Source of the DNA: Dudresnaya verticillata
Lineage: Eukaryota
NCBI GenBank assembly: GCA_977862235.1
Contig: OZ374557.1
Location: forward strand, 1,116,001-1,180,000
DNA: 64,000 nt
Reading direction: 5' to 3'
The notes beneath the pieces were generated by a model, which was not told where the DNA came from, ran no database searches, and saw nothing but the letters and a program-made list of their open reading frames with translations. Position 1 is the stretch's first letter. Every line of letters starts with the position of its first letter. Position numbers and translations under genes: made by a program. Of the stretch, positions 47,655-58,419 are shown piece by piece.

Positions 47655-50125
47655 GCCACCGGACCCACGTGGGCGAACTCATATGCGAGCATTCGAGAAG
47701 CAGACCACTGCAGGCGCCCAAATAATGTGGCGGGAGCACAGTAGCGATCGATACACTGTATCACTATAAGTCACGTGACACGGGGCACATGCCACTACGT
47801 CATTGGGCCATGCTGGTGCCGACTCCCCCGCCTCCAATCATACACGCCCTGAGTATGCACTATGACCCACCTTAGCGGACTGCCGCAGGAAACCACCATC
47901 ATCCTCCGCAAGTCGACTGCGACTAAGTCGGCATAGGCAATGATGCCCGAAACGGAATTCCGTGCTGACCACCCCGAGCCGCTAACGGCCTTGAGCACCC
48001 GCTCCCCCGTCAATAGGGGAACGCCTTGGTGCAGGTCATACACAATAAGCGGAAGTCCGCATCGCAGGGCGTTCGCGTCGAAACACAACGCAACGCCCAC
48101 GACCCTTCTGGTATGGACGCCCCATAATGCCCTTTTTGGTCAAACCATTAAGGCACGTCTCTACACAGACCGCCGCAATTCGCAACCGCGCACTACCTCT
48201 GCCTACTAGTCGTCTCCGACTGACCCTACCTAAGCAGTTATGTCTATAACGGGATTCCGTATTCACGATGTTTAATAACTTCTGACATGCCGTTAGACGC
48301 CCGCTCGCACATGGGGAGGGGACGTCTTCATACCAGGTGTGCACTAAAAGTGGAATTCCACCTCGCGAGTCGTACGCATCAAACACGATCGCGTCGACGC
48401 GATGTCCCTACCTCGCTACGATGTGGTGTCCCACGAAACCCCTTTTATGCCCGACAATTGGGGAACTCCCCTACAAAGGCCACAACCAACTACTGCCGCC
48501 ACCTCCCCGGTGTCTACGGCGGGCGCTGCAAAAGCAAACTATGCTAAACGGAATTCCGTAAATGCTGAGCACGAGCCACTGGCGGACTAGAGTACCCCTT
48601 TTCCCACGAAAAGGGGGTACCTCCGCCTACGTGTGCTCATGCGGCATCCACCGCTACAAGCGTTTGGGATAAGTGGTATTCCACACGACCGAGCGTTTGC
48701 GCTCAGGCCCTTCAACGCCCCTACAGTGGGCATGGCGCTAATTCGCGTGGCATTCCACTCATCACGACGCCGACGTCCTTTTTCGCGTCGATCTCGACTC
48801 GACGTTGACAGGCGGGTTCGCCCTAACGCATTATCGTCCCACTACTCCGGTAGACGCTCACGCGAACGGGTTAGCATGCGCAACGGGCAAACACACCTCG
48901 GAACAGAATTCTGTGCACGCAATTGATGTGGCTAGACCACAGTACGATGCTGGCCCACTGTGCCCGCTGCAGTGCACGTGCAAGTCACGTGCCACAGGCC
49001 ACGCTAACACCTCCTATTGGGCAGCAACGGTGCCGAATTGCCCCGCACCAATCATCGGCGTTCTATGGCGCACAGCGGCCCACCCTAGCGGACAACCGCA
49101 ACGGCTCCTCGTCTTCGCTCCAAGGTCGCTCACGACTAAGTCGAAATCTGGAGCTATGACCAAAACGGGCTTCCGTGTTTACTACCCCTAGCCGCCAACG
49201 GCCTTGAGCATTGGGAACTCCAGCAACTGGGGGACCATTACGTCCAAGTCGCTAACGAAACGTGGAATTCCACACCATATGGCGCGCGCCTCAGCGACGA
49301 CATGCACGTCTCGTCGCTAGTCGACAACAGCCCGTTTGGGATACTTCGCCGCGCGCAACCAAAAGGGAATTCCCCTATCCAGCGACGCATCTTCGTAGCG
49401 TCACAGCTAAGGCAACATATCGGCTAAGACAACAAACAGGCAAACTTTAATAAGTCCTGATCATGGCGGCGCTCTCCCTACTACAGCGCATGGGCTACTC
49501 CCACAGGGTCGGTTGCCCCACGGCAAATGTCGACGCTCGACTAGACATCAGCAGGCCCGCTTGGGCCTGCTTCATCCTCACCATCCGGGTTATACCCTTT
49601 CTCACGGCGAACTCGACTCACCGTTGACGGGCTGGAACTTGTCGATTTTCGACTTAGTGCTCTGTTAGAGTGTGCAGTACTGCAACAAGCGGAAATGTCT
49701 CATACACGGCCCATCTACGATACAAATTGGAAAGGGCCGCAAGACACCGAGACAGGGGCCGCAGCGACCCCCTGAGTAGCCGGTTACTGTGGTTACTGTA
49801 ATGCACTTACAGTGGTCCGGACCAGACGGTCCACTAGAGGACCAATCGGGCCATGAAGAGGACCAGGCGGTCCACTAACTGGACCGATGTGAGGAAATGG
49901 GTGGTGATGGCGTACCACGTATCTATAGCAACATTGAACAGGTTGGTTCGGCTGTGGAGACCGTCGAGCACCTCGTACCGTCCACTGCTTTCCGGAATAA
50001 GAGCAAAAGTCGGATTGCCACATATGGGCATATATCTATTGCAGATTGTGCCTGCTGAGAAGGGCAACGTAATCTTCGATGGGATACCCACATCGTTCGT
50101 GGGTTGGGCTCGCAGGGGCTCACCT

Positions 50126-50140
50126 CTTAACGGGGGGAGA
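50126..50140 (+). promoter_or_regulatory. 3' polypurine tract
   Basis: CTTAACGGGGGGAGA immediately before the 3' LTR. Confidence 0.9.
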
Positions 50141-50758
50141 TGTGGTGCAACTCACCTGTGCTCATTTCCCTCAAACCGCGGATTCACCGCCAGCAATGAT
50201 ACTGGGGAAATGCCTCTGTAAGGCACCCGGCCTGACAGTACGCGGCGCCCTCTGCCAGCAAGAATGGCCCCGCAACGCGACAGCGCGTACACGTGCACAC
50301 GTGCGCCCCCTTTCAGCCGCACTACCGCTAGGCTGACAGTTGATATTTTTAGATAATTATAGAATTGCGCGCGCCACGTAATGCCAAGTGGCGCGCCCCC
50401 TGCCCTTACTTTAATCCACCAAGGCGCACCCGCCTCCTACATAGTATATTAAGGCCCAGAGGTGCGCCCTCATACAGTAAACGGCTAAGCTTGGGCCCAG
50501 CGAGACGTACCCTCCCTCTCTAGGCTGGACTCCAGTACACCCGCTACCCTTCTTCATCGTACAGAATCCTGTTTTTCTCTTATTTCTCCTTTGTTTTCTC
50601 TTCCTTTCTAGGGTAACCCCCTTTCTCGGCCTTGTGGTGTTTTACAGTCGCACTACGGGGCTACTCCCCTGCTCTACCGCTACTACCTCACCTGCTACCG
50701 CCAGGCCCCCGAACCGCCTGAGGTGCACCCTCAATTCTACCGAGTGGATTGCACCACA
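50141..50758 (+). repeat. 3' LTR
   Basis: See 5' LTR; followed by TSD GTAGC. Confidence 0.97.
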
Positions 50759-51240
50759 GTAGCGGTCGACCGCATTGCTGCCGGCAGCGGCCGCGCGCCG
50801 TGCCGCACACGGTGCGCCCCTGTGACGCTCTCCGGCACCGAGCCGTTGAGAGGGCCGCTGCCCGTTACGCCCCGCGCGCGCCCACGGGTAACCGTTACCC
50901 GGACGTGTCGACACGTGTATGGGGGCGCGCTCGCACACCTCCAGCGTTGGTGTTGTGGGGCGCACCTACTGTAGAAGTAGTCGTAGTGCACATAGTGCAG
51001 GGTATTTAAGACCGTCGGCCATCGACGGCTCAGTAAACCGGGCAAGCAACAGCTGGCGCTGAAGCTTGCCCCCAGCCTTTTCGGGTTCGATCCCTTTGCC
51101 TTACGCCAGCGGGCGGTTTCCCTTTTTTCCCCTTGCCTCGCTAGGCTTTCCTCTTTCCTTTTCCTTTCCGTCGGCTTCGTGCCGCCCTTCGACAGGGACG
51201 CTGGGATCCGGCCGCTGCCTACCCGCGTACGGTACGCCCC

Positions 51241-51960
51241 GTGCGCGCTCCGGCATCGACGCCGTCGATCCGCACCTGCGGGCGCACGCGGCCGACACCG
51301 CTCTACCACCCCCAACAGCTACCCATCGACGGGTCTGTGTGGCGGCTTCGGACCAGTAAGTATCAGACGTCGGATCGACCCGACGTCTATACTACAGAAT
51401 CTACAGAAAGCGCAGGGGATAATGGAGATGATGTAGTCCTTGGCACCCCTCCTCCTGTTCCAACTTCCTCTGAGGGCATTACAATTAATCAACTATGCTT
51501 ATCAGGAGAGTGCACAAGGGTTCCGGTTCAACCAGAATCGGCCGAGCAGTACCTTCAACGTGTGCGATCCCGTCAGAAAAACGTTGCCAGAGGGATCCAA
51601 AGCGTCTTTGACAATGTCCCTTCAAGGGCGGCAGAGCGCGCACATGGGAATGGTAGCGAATCCACAGAAACAGATATCGACTGGGACATTGCCGAAGTTT
51701 TCCGCTCCGAGGTTGACAAGAATGATCCGTATTGCACCACTGTTGTCCGCTTCCACGGTAGCTCAATTCGTGTGTACTGCGCTCTCGGGCATTGTTGTAA
51801 GCACAAAGCAGTGGCGAAGTTTCAGGAGCCTCGTTGGCTGGGGCTCATGTGCGCGAAGTTCAGGGCACCAACGCATCCCGCGTTCATGGCACAGTCGCAG
51901 AATATCAGTGGAGCACGCTTGCAGCTCATCTGCATTTCCTGCAACCGAAACTGGAAGTAA
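51241..51960 (+). CDS. ORF with degenerate C-terminal PHD-like zinc finger
   Basis: CALGHC...CAKF...HPAF...CISC spacing; upstream TATA-like TATTTAAG at ~51003; no clear in-frame ATG start. Confidence 0.4.
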   Translation: MRAPASTPSIRTCGRTRPTPLYHPQQLPIDGSVWRLRTSKYQTSDRPDVYTTESTESAGDNGDDVVLGTPPPVPTSSEGITINQLCLSGECTRVPVQPESAEQYLQRVRSRQKNVARGIQSVFDNVPSRAAERAHGNGSESTETDIDWDIAEVFRSEVDKNDPYCTTVVRFHGSSIRVYCALGHCCKHKAVAKFQEPRWLGLMCAKFRAPTHPAFMAQSQNISGARLQLICISCNRNWK

Positions 51961-52939
51961 TATGTACAAGTGATGTTCACAGCGCCCACACGCATTGAAG
52001 GGGGCTACGTTAGTAGGCCAAAGACGGAAGGAAGTTGAGGACTTGGAGTGGAGTTTGAACAGCGCCCGCACCTGCTTAAGGGGGGAAGGAGGACCGCGGT
52101 GTGGAAGATTATGGTATTGTAGCAGGTTGAGAAGTCGTTTCCAACGTTTTGGTGGCTGAGGGAGCATGAAAACGAGTCTCCTAGCAGAAAGTGAGACTGT
52201 CATTTAGCTAGATAGTACAGTATCGCAGCAATTCGTAGAAATTCAAAGCCCACGTGCGCCGCAGTAAAAGCCCGCAACAACGCTGGGCAGACATCATTTC
52301 TCCGATATCTGCATTTCTCCGTAGCCCACGCCAGACCGGATACCCAGCGACCAGCGGCAACCGTAGTATCCGCCAGCAATGCAATCAGCTGCCTTCCACG
52401 AGCGCAACCGTGGCATACGTGGCCTCCCAGGCACGGACCGGTCCGGACCGGTCCGGGTCGGAGACAGCCCGGTCCGCTTCAGCCAGAGTGGGCACTCTAA
52501 ACTGTAATACTTTTCTGTTAAATATGGCTTACACTGCCACTGTGACGCAGAGACCACCAGAGCCCATAAGAGTCGCTCTTTTGTACCGAAAGGGTACACT
52601 AGCTGTCCAAGTTTTACTTGGACAACAAAAAGGTTTCATTTCCAGCATACGTGCGCATACAATGATTGGCTCTCCTTCGTTGCCGTGTACCTTGCCAAGT
52701 TGTTCATAAACAGCCTGTTTTCGCATGTAACGCTCCTGTACCTACCTGCGCAGTTATATCTACTTTACTGGAAAACCACTTGCTATAGCGTTATCTCTAC
52801 GGTGCTGAACGTGCCCTACTCGAATAACCTCCCTATTCAGTACCTTACATATTGCGACGTACGCAAACCCCGATTAACTTCAAGACACACACGAATAGTA
52901 TTTAACAACATGAAGGTAACACTAAATATTTGCTTAATA

Positions 52940-53439
52940 CAGTGAACCCCAGTTGAAAGTATCCTGCACTACGTGCATAACCGCGCTATATGCATACTGA
53001 ACCATTCCACCACCAAAGCATCTGCGATTTTCAGCCATTTAGGTATGCACCCGGCATACCTGCATAATGCATGCAGATCCGAGGACAAACCATAATGTTT
53101 GATAAATATTTGGCCCGTTATTACGCCAAAATGCATAATTGCAAAATGTTAAACAGTTGAACACCCTCGCTTGTTTCACACAAGCTGTTCAACAGCCCAA
53201 CTCAAACGGCGCTCAGGCTCGGTCCATCCTCGAAAAGAATGGTAGCCTCTGTGACGCAGTCCGAAAGGGTTTTTACAAGTGCCAACGCTCTCTAAGAGTG
53301 GAGAAAGTTGCTTCTATGAAGCAAACAAGGATCTTAGACCATTTTTCGAGGAATTAAAGAAGTTGTTGTCTAGCTCTCGGCAGGTGCATACCCCATAAAA
53401 GCATAAACACCCTTTCTCCCAACTAGCGAGGTTTCACTG
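52940..53439 (+). mobile_element. pogo/Tigger-like (Tc1/mariner) internal deletion derivative
   Basis: TA|CAGTGAACCCC ... GAGGTTTCACTG|TA (imperfect TIRs, TA TSD); internal ORF end KQTRILDHF resembles the C-terminal PIP-box of pogo-type transposases. Confidence 0.7.
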
Positions 53440-53578
53440 TACAGTACTGTAGTTGTAATTGCTTACAACATTACTACCAAATCGACACCAATACAGGACG
53501 TACTGCGCGAACATGCAAACAACTTTCTTCACTGTTCTGTGTACTGCTCACAAACAGTGCAGCTGGGGTTCCCTGCGG

Positions 53579-55707
53579 TTACAAAATCATATTTGACATT
53601 GCATTGGGAGCATCCAATACGGAGCCCTTCGCAGTCTGTCCTGGTCCGCGGCCGGTATTTGCATGCATGGAACCAACAAGCTTAGTCTGGCGCAGATCCG
53701 GCAGCGCCAGCTCTCCCTTTATGGCGCGGCGTACTTGCTCACCCGTGAGTGTTTCGTGTCTTAGGAGCGCCTCAGCAAGACTGTGTAGCTCCTCCTCGTG
53801 TGAGCGCACCAGCGCTATCGCCCTTGCATAACTGCTATCAAGGAGCGCCCTCACCTCTGCTTCGATGAGTGTGCGAGTGGTTGTCGGCTCGCGATCTTTC
53901 TCGTAGAATACGTGCCCGAGCTTTTCTGACATGCCATACTGGGTCAACATGACTTCTGCCAGCTCTGTGGCCTGCTGAAAGTCCGAAGATGCGCCAGATG
54001 TGACGTATTCCTTGCCAAAAATTAACTCCTCCGCGGCTCGGCCGCCCATACAAACATCGAGTTTCGCGAGCATCTGCGCCTTGGAAATGGACCCCATGTC
54101 CTTGGAGGGCAACTGTGATACGAAGCCGAGAGCCTGGCCCCGTGGCACGATCGTTGCCTTGTGCACTGGCAGCGCGTCTTTCGTGTAGATACAGCAAAGA
54201 GCATGCCCACCCTCATGGTAAGCCGTCATATTCCGCGTCTCTTCACTCAGGACGACTGACTTACGCTCCGCACCCATTATTATTTTGTCTCTAGCAAATT
54301 CCAGGTGGGCCATCTGAACTGCGCCAAAGTTCCCCGAAGCTGCCTTCAGGGCTGCCATGTTAACCAAGTTTGCCAGCTCCGCTCCCGAGAACCCTGGAGT
54401 CCCACGTGCGATGATCTCGAGGTCAACATCGTCATCCAGCGGAATCTTCCTGGTGTGACATTCAAGGATTTGTGTTCGGCCCCGAATATCAGGGTTGGGG
54501 ACTACAACATGCCGGTCGAATCGACCTGGACGCACTAAAGCCTTGTCCAAACTTTCCGGGAAGTTGGTCGCGCCAATTACGATGATACCCTCACTGGACT
54601 GGAAGCCATCAAGCTCGACAAGAAATTGGTTGAGCGTCATAGTCAAGAATCGCTGGTCCTTCGGGTTGCGCTTCCCGCCAATGGCGTCAATCTCGTCAAT
54701 GAATATTATGCACGGTGCGTGCTGCTTCGCGGCCGCAAACAACTCGCGGACTCTCTTGGCTCCAACACCAACGAACATTTCCTCGAACTCTGATCCTGAG
54801 GCGTAAAAGAATGGGCGTTGCGCCTCGCCTGCAATGGCACGCGCCAGTAATGTCTTTCCCGTACCTGGTGGGCCCATGAGCAGTAGTCCCTTCGGCAGCT
54901 TACCCCCAACCGCGTGTAACTGCTTGGCGAGCGTAGGAACTATACAATCTCCTCCAATTTCGCTTTCGCCTCGTCGCATCCCGTTACATCATCAAACGTA
55001 GTCGGATCACTTGCCTCTGGTTCCGGCAGCATATCCGTGTTTATGCCTATCCCTCTTGTCATTCCACGCTCCTCAACAACAACGCCCAGGAAACCGAGTA
55101 CGAGAAAAGTACTGCCCAACAACCTCACCGCGCGCCATAGTTGTCACTGTGTCGACGGATCTGCCACAATGACATGGATCGGGTTCTCGGCAGCAGAACC
55201 GCCATCGCTGGTCTCTGTACTGCGCCTGCTCGCTGCACGCCAGAAAGTACCACCGATATCTCCATTTGCATGGCCATCTCCAAGGCCACTCGATCCTAAA
55301 CTTACCCTTGCCATAGAAACATTGTGCACCAGCTTTGGAATCGGCACGGTCTCAATGCGACCCGTGGCAACGAGCGCTTTGACATACTCGCGCGCAGCGC
55401 TCCCACTCATCGCATGGGATCCCGACTCGACACGACGAACAACGTCTGCAGGCCGCATTCGGCCCAGCGCACCTAGATACGCCGCCTGTAGTTCCGGATC
55501 ATGACGACGAGACTCTACCTCCTCGGCCAGTCGCCAGAGACGTCGTTCCTTAGCAAGCAACAATAGCGTCCTCATCCCATACCCCAATGTTCGGAATGAC
55601 GGCATACCCAAAGACAGTGGCAAACGGGAGCGGGGCTCAATCATAGACGGCAACGACTGGCCATGTCGCGCTAGAGTGGACCTTGCCGACATGCCAATCA
55701 TACCCAC
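53579..55707 (-). pseudogene. ftsH: FtsH-family ATP-dependent zinc metalloprotease (YME1/FTSH4-like i-AAA), disrupted
   Basis: [52 protein letters not shown]. In-frame stops at 55144-55146 and 54940-54942 and a 1-nt frameshift in the C-run at ~54903-54907. Confidence 0.93.
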
Positions 55708-56003
55708 GATACTGCGCGACTTCGAAGCTAATGGTGCAGCAGTAGCCAGTAACTAGACCCTCACTCTGCTCGATCTGCTCCGGACGGGGAATGACAGGTA
55801 TCACAGCCCGCCTCCCCACAGGCGGTTGGACCGAATACCCAAAACGCCACACCCCGAAACAATCAAAAGAAGGGTAGTCTACAGTAAGACTCCTAGTCAG
55901 TTGCGGCGATTTCACCCCGAATACGAACTAAGTAATTATCAGGTTTACTAGTCCTTTACGAGTACAGTACATAGTGGCAGCGGAAGAGACTGCATTCGGA
56001 CAG

Positions 56004-57049
56004 CTATAGCGAACCGGCAGAAAAGCTTGGATTTACTTCAGAAACAAGGTTCCCAGTCAAATGCGAAGGTTGGTGTTGTACAGTAGAGGGACTAGCAACT
56101 CCCGCTATCCGAATCATCCAACAGTGCTCCAGCTGCCTCCTCTTCCGCGCGATCGCGCAACGCACGCTCAAATGCTCGCTTACGGGGCGGCTTTCGGTTA
56201 GACTGCTGTGCTCGTTTGCGCTTGTTGAGACCTGTCTCTGCAATTTCGTGCAGGCTCTCTCGTATCGTTCGTACGCCTTCCCAACGGCGTCCGGTAGGGG
56301 CCAACGAATGTGGGCATTAGTCAAGGCGACAGTAAGGTCAAAAAAGCTATCGATAAGGTCTCCCGGCCAACGATACTACTGATGACTGCCCATAGTGTAC
56401 ATTGCCTCCCGAAGAAGTTCTCAAAAATCACTCTGTCACTCGTCTTGTCCTCATTCTCGCTTTTTCCGCCAGCGATAGAAACAGTCCTTGTGGCTTCTTC
56501 CTTGGAATCACTCCAGGTAACTATTCTTCAATTCCTGTACAAACTTTGTCTAACAAGACGGAAGAGCTGTCCTTGTGTCGAGACGCTCCTACACCAACAC
56601 CCACAATTTCCTAAAACACACGAAGCACTTCTTCGTATGTTCCGCAAACAGGTCGACAACGAGACCGCAGTAACGAATCACCCTCGGAGGTGGCACAACT
56701 ATGCCCGCGAAGGCCCGAAGACACCAGGTATCGAGCCAGAACGAACTCGGAAACAAGCTCAGAGGCACGCGATCATCGAGATGCGAATTCGTATCCACGT
56801 GATCGGGCCTCGAGCCCGCGCCACGGAATAGCGCCCAGTCTCCGGCACCAATGTGCAATCCGAGTATGCCAGAAATCTCTTCTACGTGGCGCCACACGTT
56901 TCCAGCCGCGGACTCGAACTCTGGGTAATCATGAAAGCGAGCAACCTCAATCAAAGGAGAATACAAGGAGATACACGCACCCAGTGCCAGGAGCACACTC
57001 GCACAGGCATCTACGTAAGCAACCTCGTCGACCTTTGTCACGTAGGAAA
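56004..57049 (-). pseudogene. Decayed ORF of unknown function, cut by the LTR insertion at 57050
   Basis: Protein-like ORF pieces (56589-57049, 56004-56324); the reading frame runs up to the LTR boundary. Confidence 0.35.
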
Positions 57050-57962
57050 TGTAGTGCAAACGTCTTTGACGGAACACCGCCGAGCAGTTCGGGGCTCAGT
57101 GGGTAGCGACGCCCGTGGCGATGAGTAGCCTCGCCTTGGGCGACTGGTGGTAGAGTGGTTGACTCGCCTTGGGCGGAATGTAAACGTCCGAGGCGGAAAG
57201 GAAGAACAAAAGAGAACAGAAAGGGAACACGTCAAGGACGGGTAGAGACGTGGAAGCACGGGAGGTAGACGCTTAGCCGTACGCAGCGGTAGGGTACGCG
57301 CGTGCTGAACGGGGAAGTCTGGACCAAAGCCGGCTTGCCGGGGTTTACTGTCACGTCTGAGACGGATCAACTAAGTATAGAATTACCTAGCGCGGCGACG
57401 CGTGCGTAGGCGCCGCGCGGGAACTCAGGACACGTGTTGTCCCGAGGCGCGTCCGACAGATCCGTCCGTCATGCAGCCACGCTCCTGATAGATCGCGCGT
57501 AGCTCCCCCGCTCGAGTCCTTACACCTACACGTGGATTACTTCCTTACAGCCGCATGCGCCTCATGGCGCGTGCGATCTTGACTCGCGCCAATCCCGATC
57601 CAGTCCGGATTCGGGCCAGCCATGCGGGTGCGCCAAGCTTACAGGCGCGGGCCTTACACTTCCTAATCCCGATGTCGGATCCCGATGTGGGATCCCGATT
57701 GGATCCGGATTCGGGCCACGCTTACAGCGAACGTTCCTGCCACTGCGCCACGCGCGTACGCGTGGCGCCGTACAGTGCCCCGGGTTCAGGCGTGCGGTCT
57801 GCACGCCAAGCGAGCCGTTCTGGCCCTAGTGGCCAGCGGCATGCGTCGGTGACGTGTTTGCGCCGCGGGCGGGTTGAGCGCGCCGTTGGCGGTCGTCCGT
57901 CGGTAGACGCTGCATATCAACCCGCTTGAAAGCGAAAATGGGGGACCCCCCCTGGCACTACA
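57050..57962 (-). repeat. 3' LTR (913 bp)
   Basis: 8-bp terminal inverted repeat TGTAGTGC/GCACTACA; abuts PPT-like TTCGGAGGGGGTCG (57976-57963). Predicted TSD GGAAA (57045-57049). Confidence 0.8.
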
Positions 57963-58419
57963 CGACCCCCTCCGAAAACGCGAACACGCCCATTTGCTTC
58001 AGCCTGCCCGCCTGCCTGCGTCCGCGTCGTCTTCCAGTGCCGATCGTGCCGATCACCCGCGCCTGCGCGTCCGTATTTGCCCGCCCTTGGCGTTGGTTGA
58101 GCCCCGTCAAAGACGCACGTGCAGTTTCCCCCGCCCTTGGCGTAGGAACAATTCCCGTCGAAGACGTGTCGTTGACTAACTTCGCCAGTGGCGTGCGTGA
58201 AACCCCGTCGTTGACGTCGTATCTGTGCACGCGTGTTTACGCTTATCGCCTAGGGCGTTTCTTTGAGGTCCGCCTTCGGCGTTGTTTAGTCCAGCGTCGT
58301 TGACGTGTGTTTTGTGTGCTTCCGCCTTTGGCGTAGTTGACTCGACTTCGGAGTCCCAGAACCGTCGTTGACGTGTAAACTCCGCCAGTGGCGTGTGATT
58401 ACTCAACGTCTTGGACGTA

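Larger units (their letters stand above)
39049..50758 (+). mobile_element. Full-length Ty3/gypsy LTR retrotransposon with chromodomain (decayed)
   Basis: LTRs 39049-39696 and 50141-50758 (TGTGGTGCAA...TTGCACCACA), TSD GTAGC at 39044-39048 and 50759-50763, PBS, gag, PR-RT-RH-IN-chromodomain, PPT. Confidence 0.98.

Noticed and set aside
47950..49375. True CRISPR array
   Set aside because: Repeats are only 12 bp and variable, spacing is imperfect, context is a eukaryotic retrotransposon, and there are no cas genes; kept as a motif-array finding.
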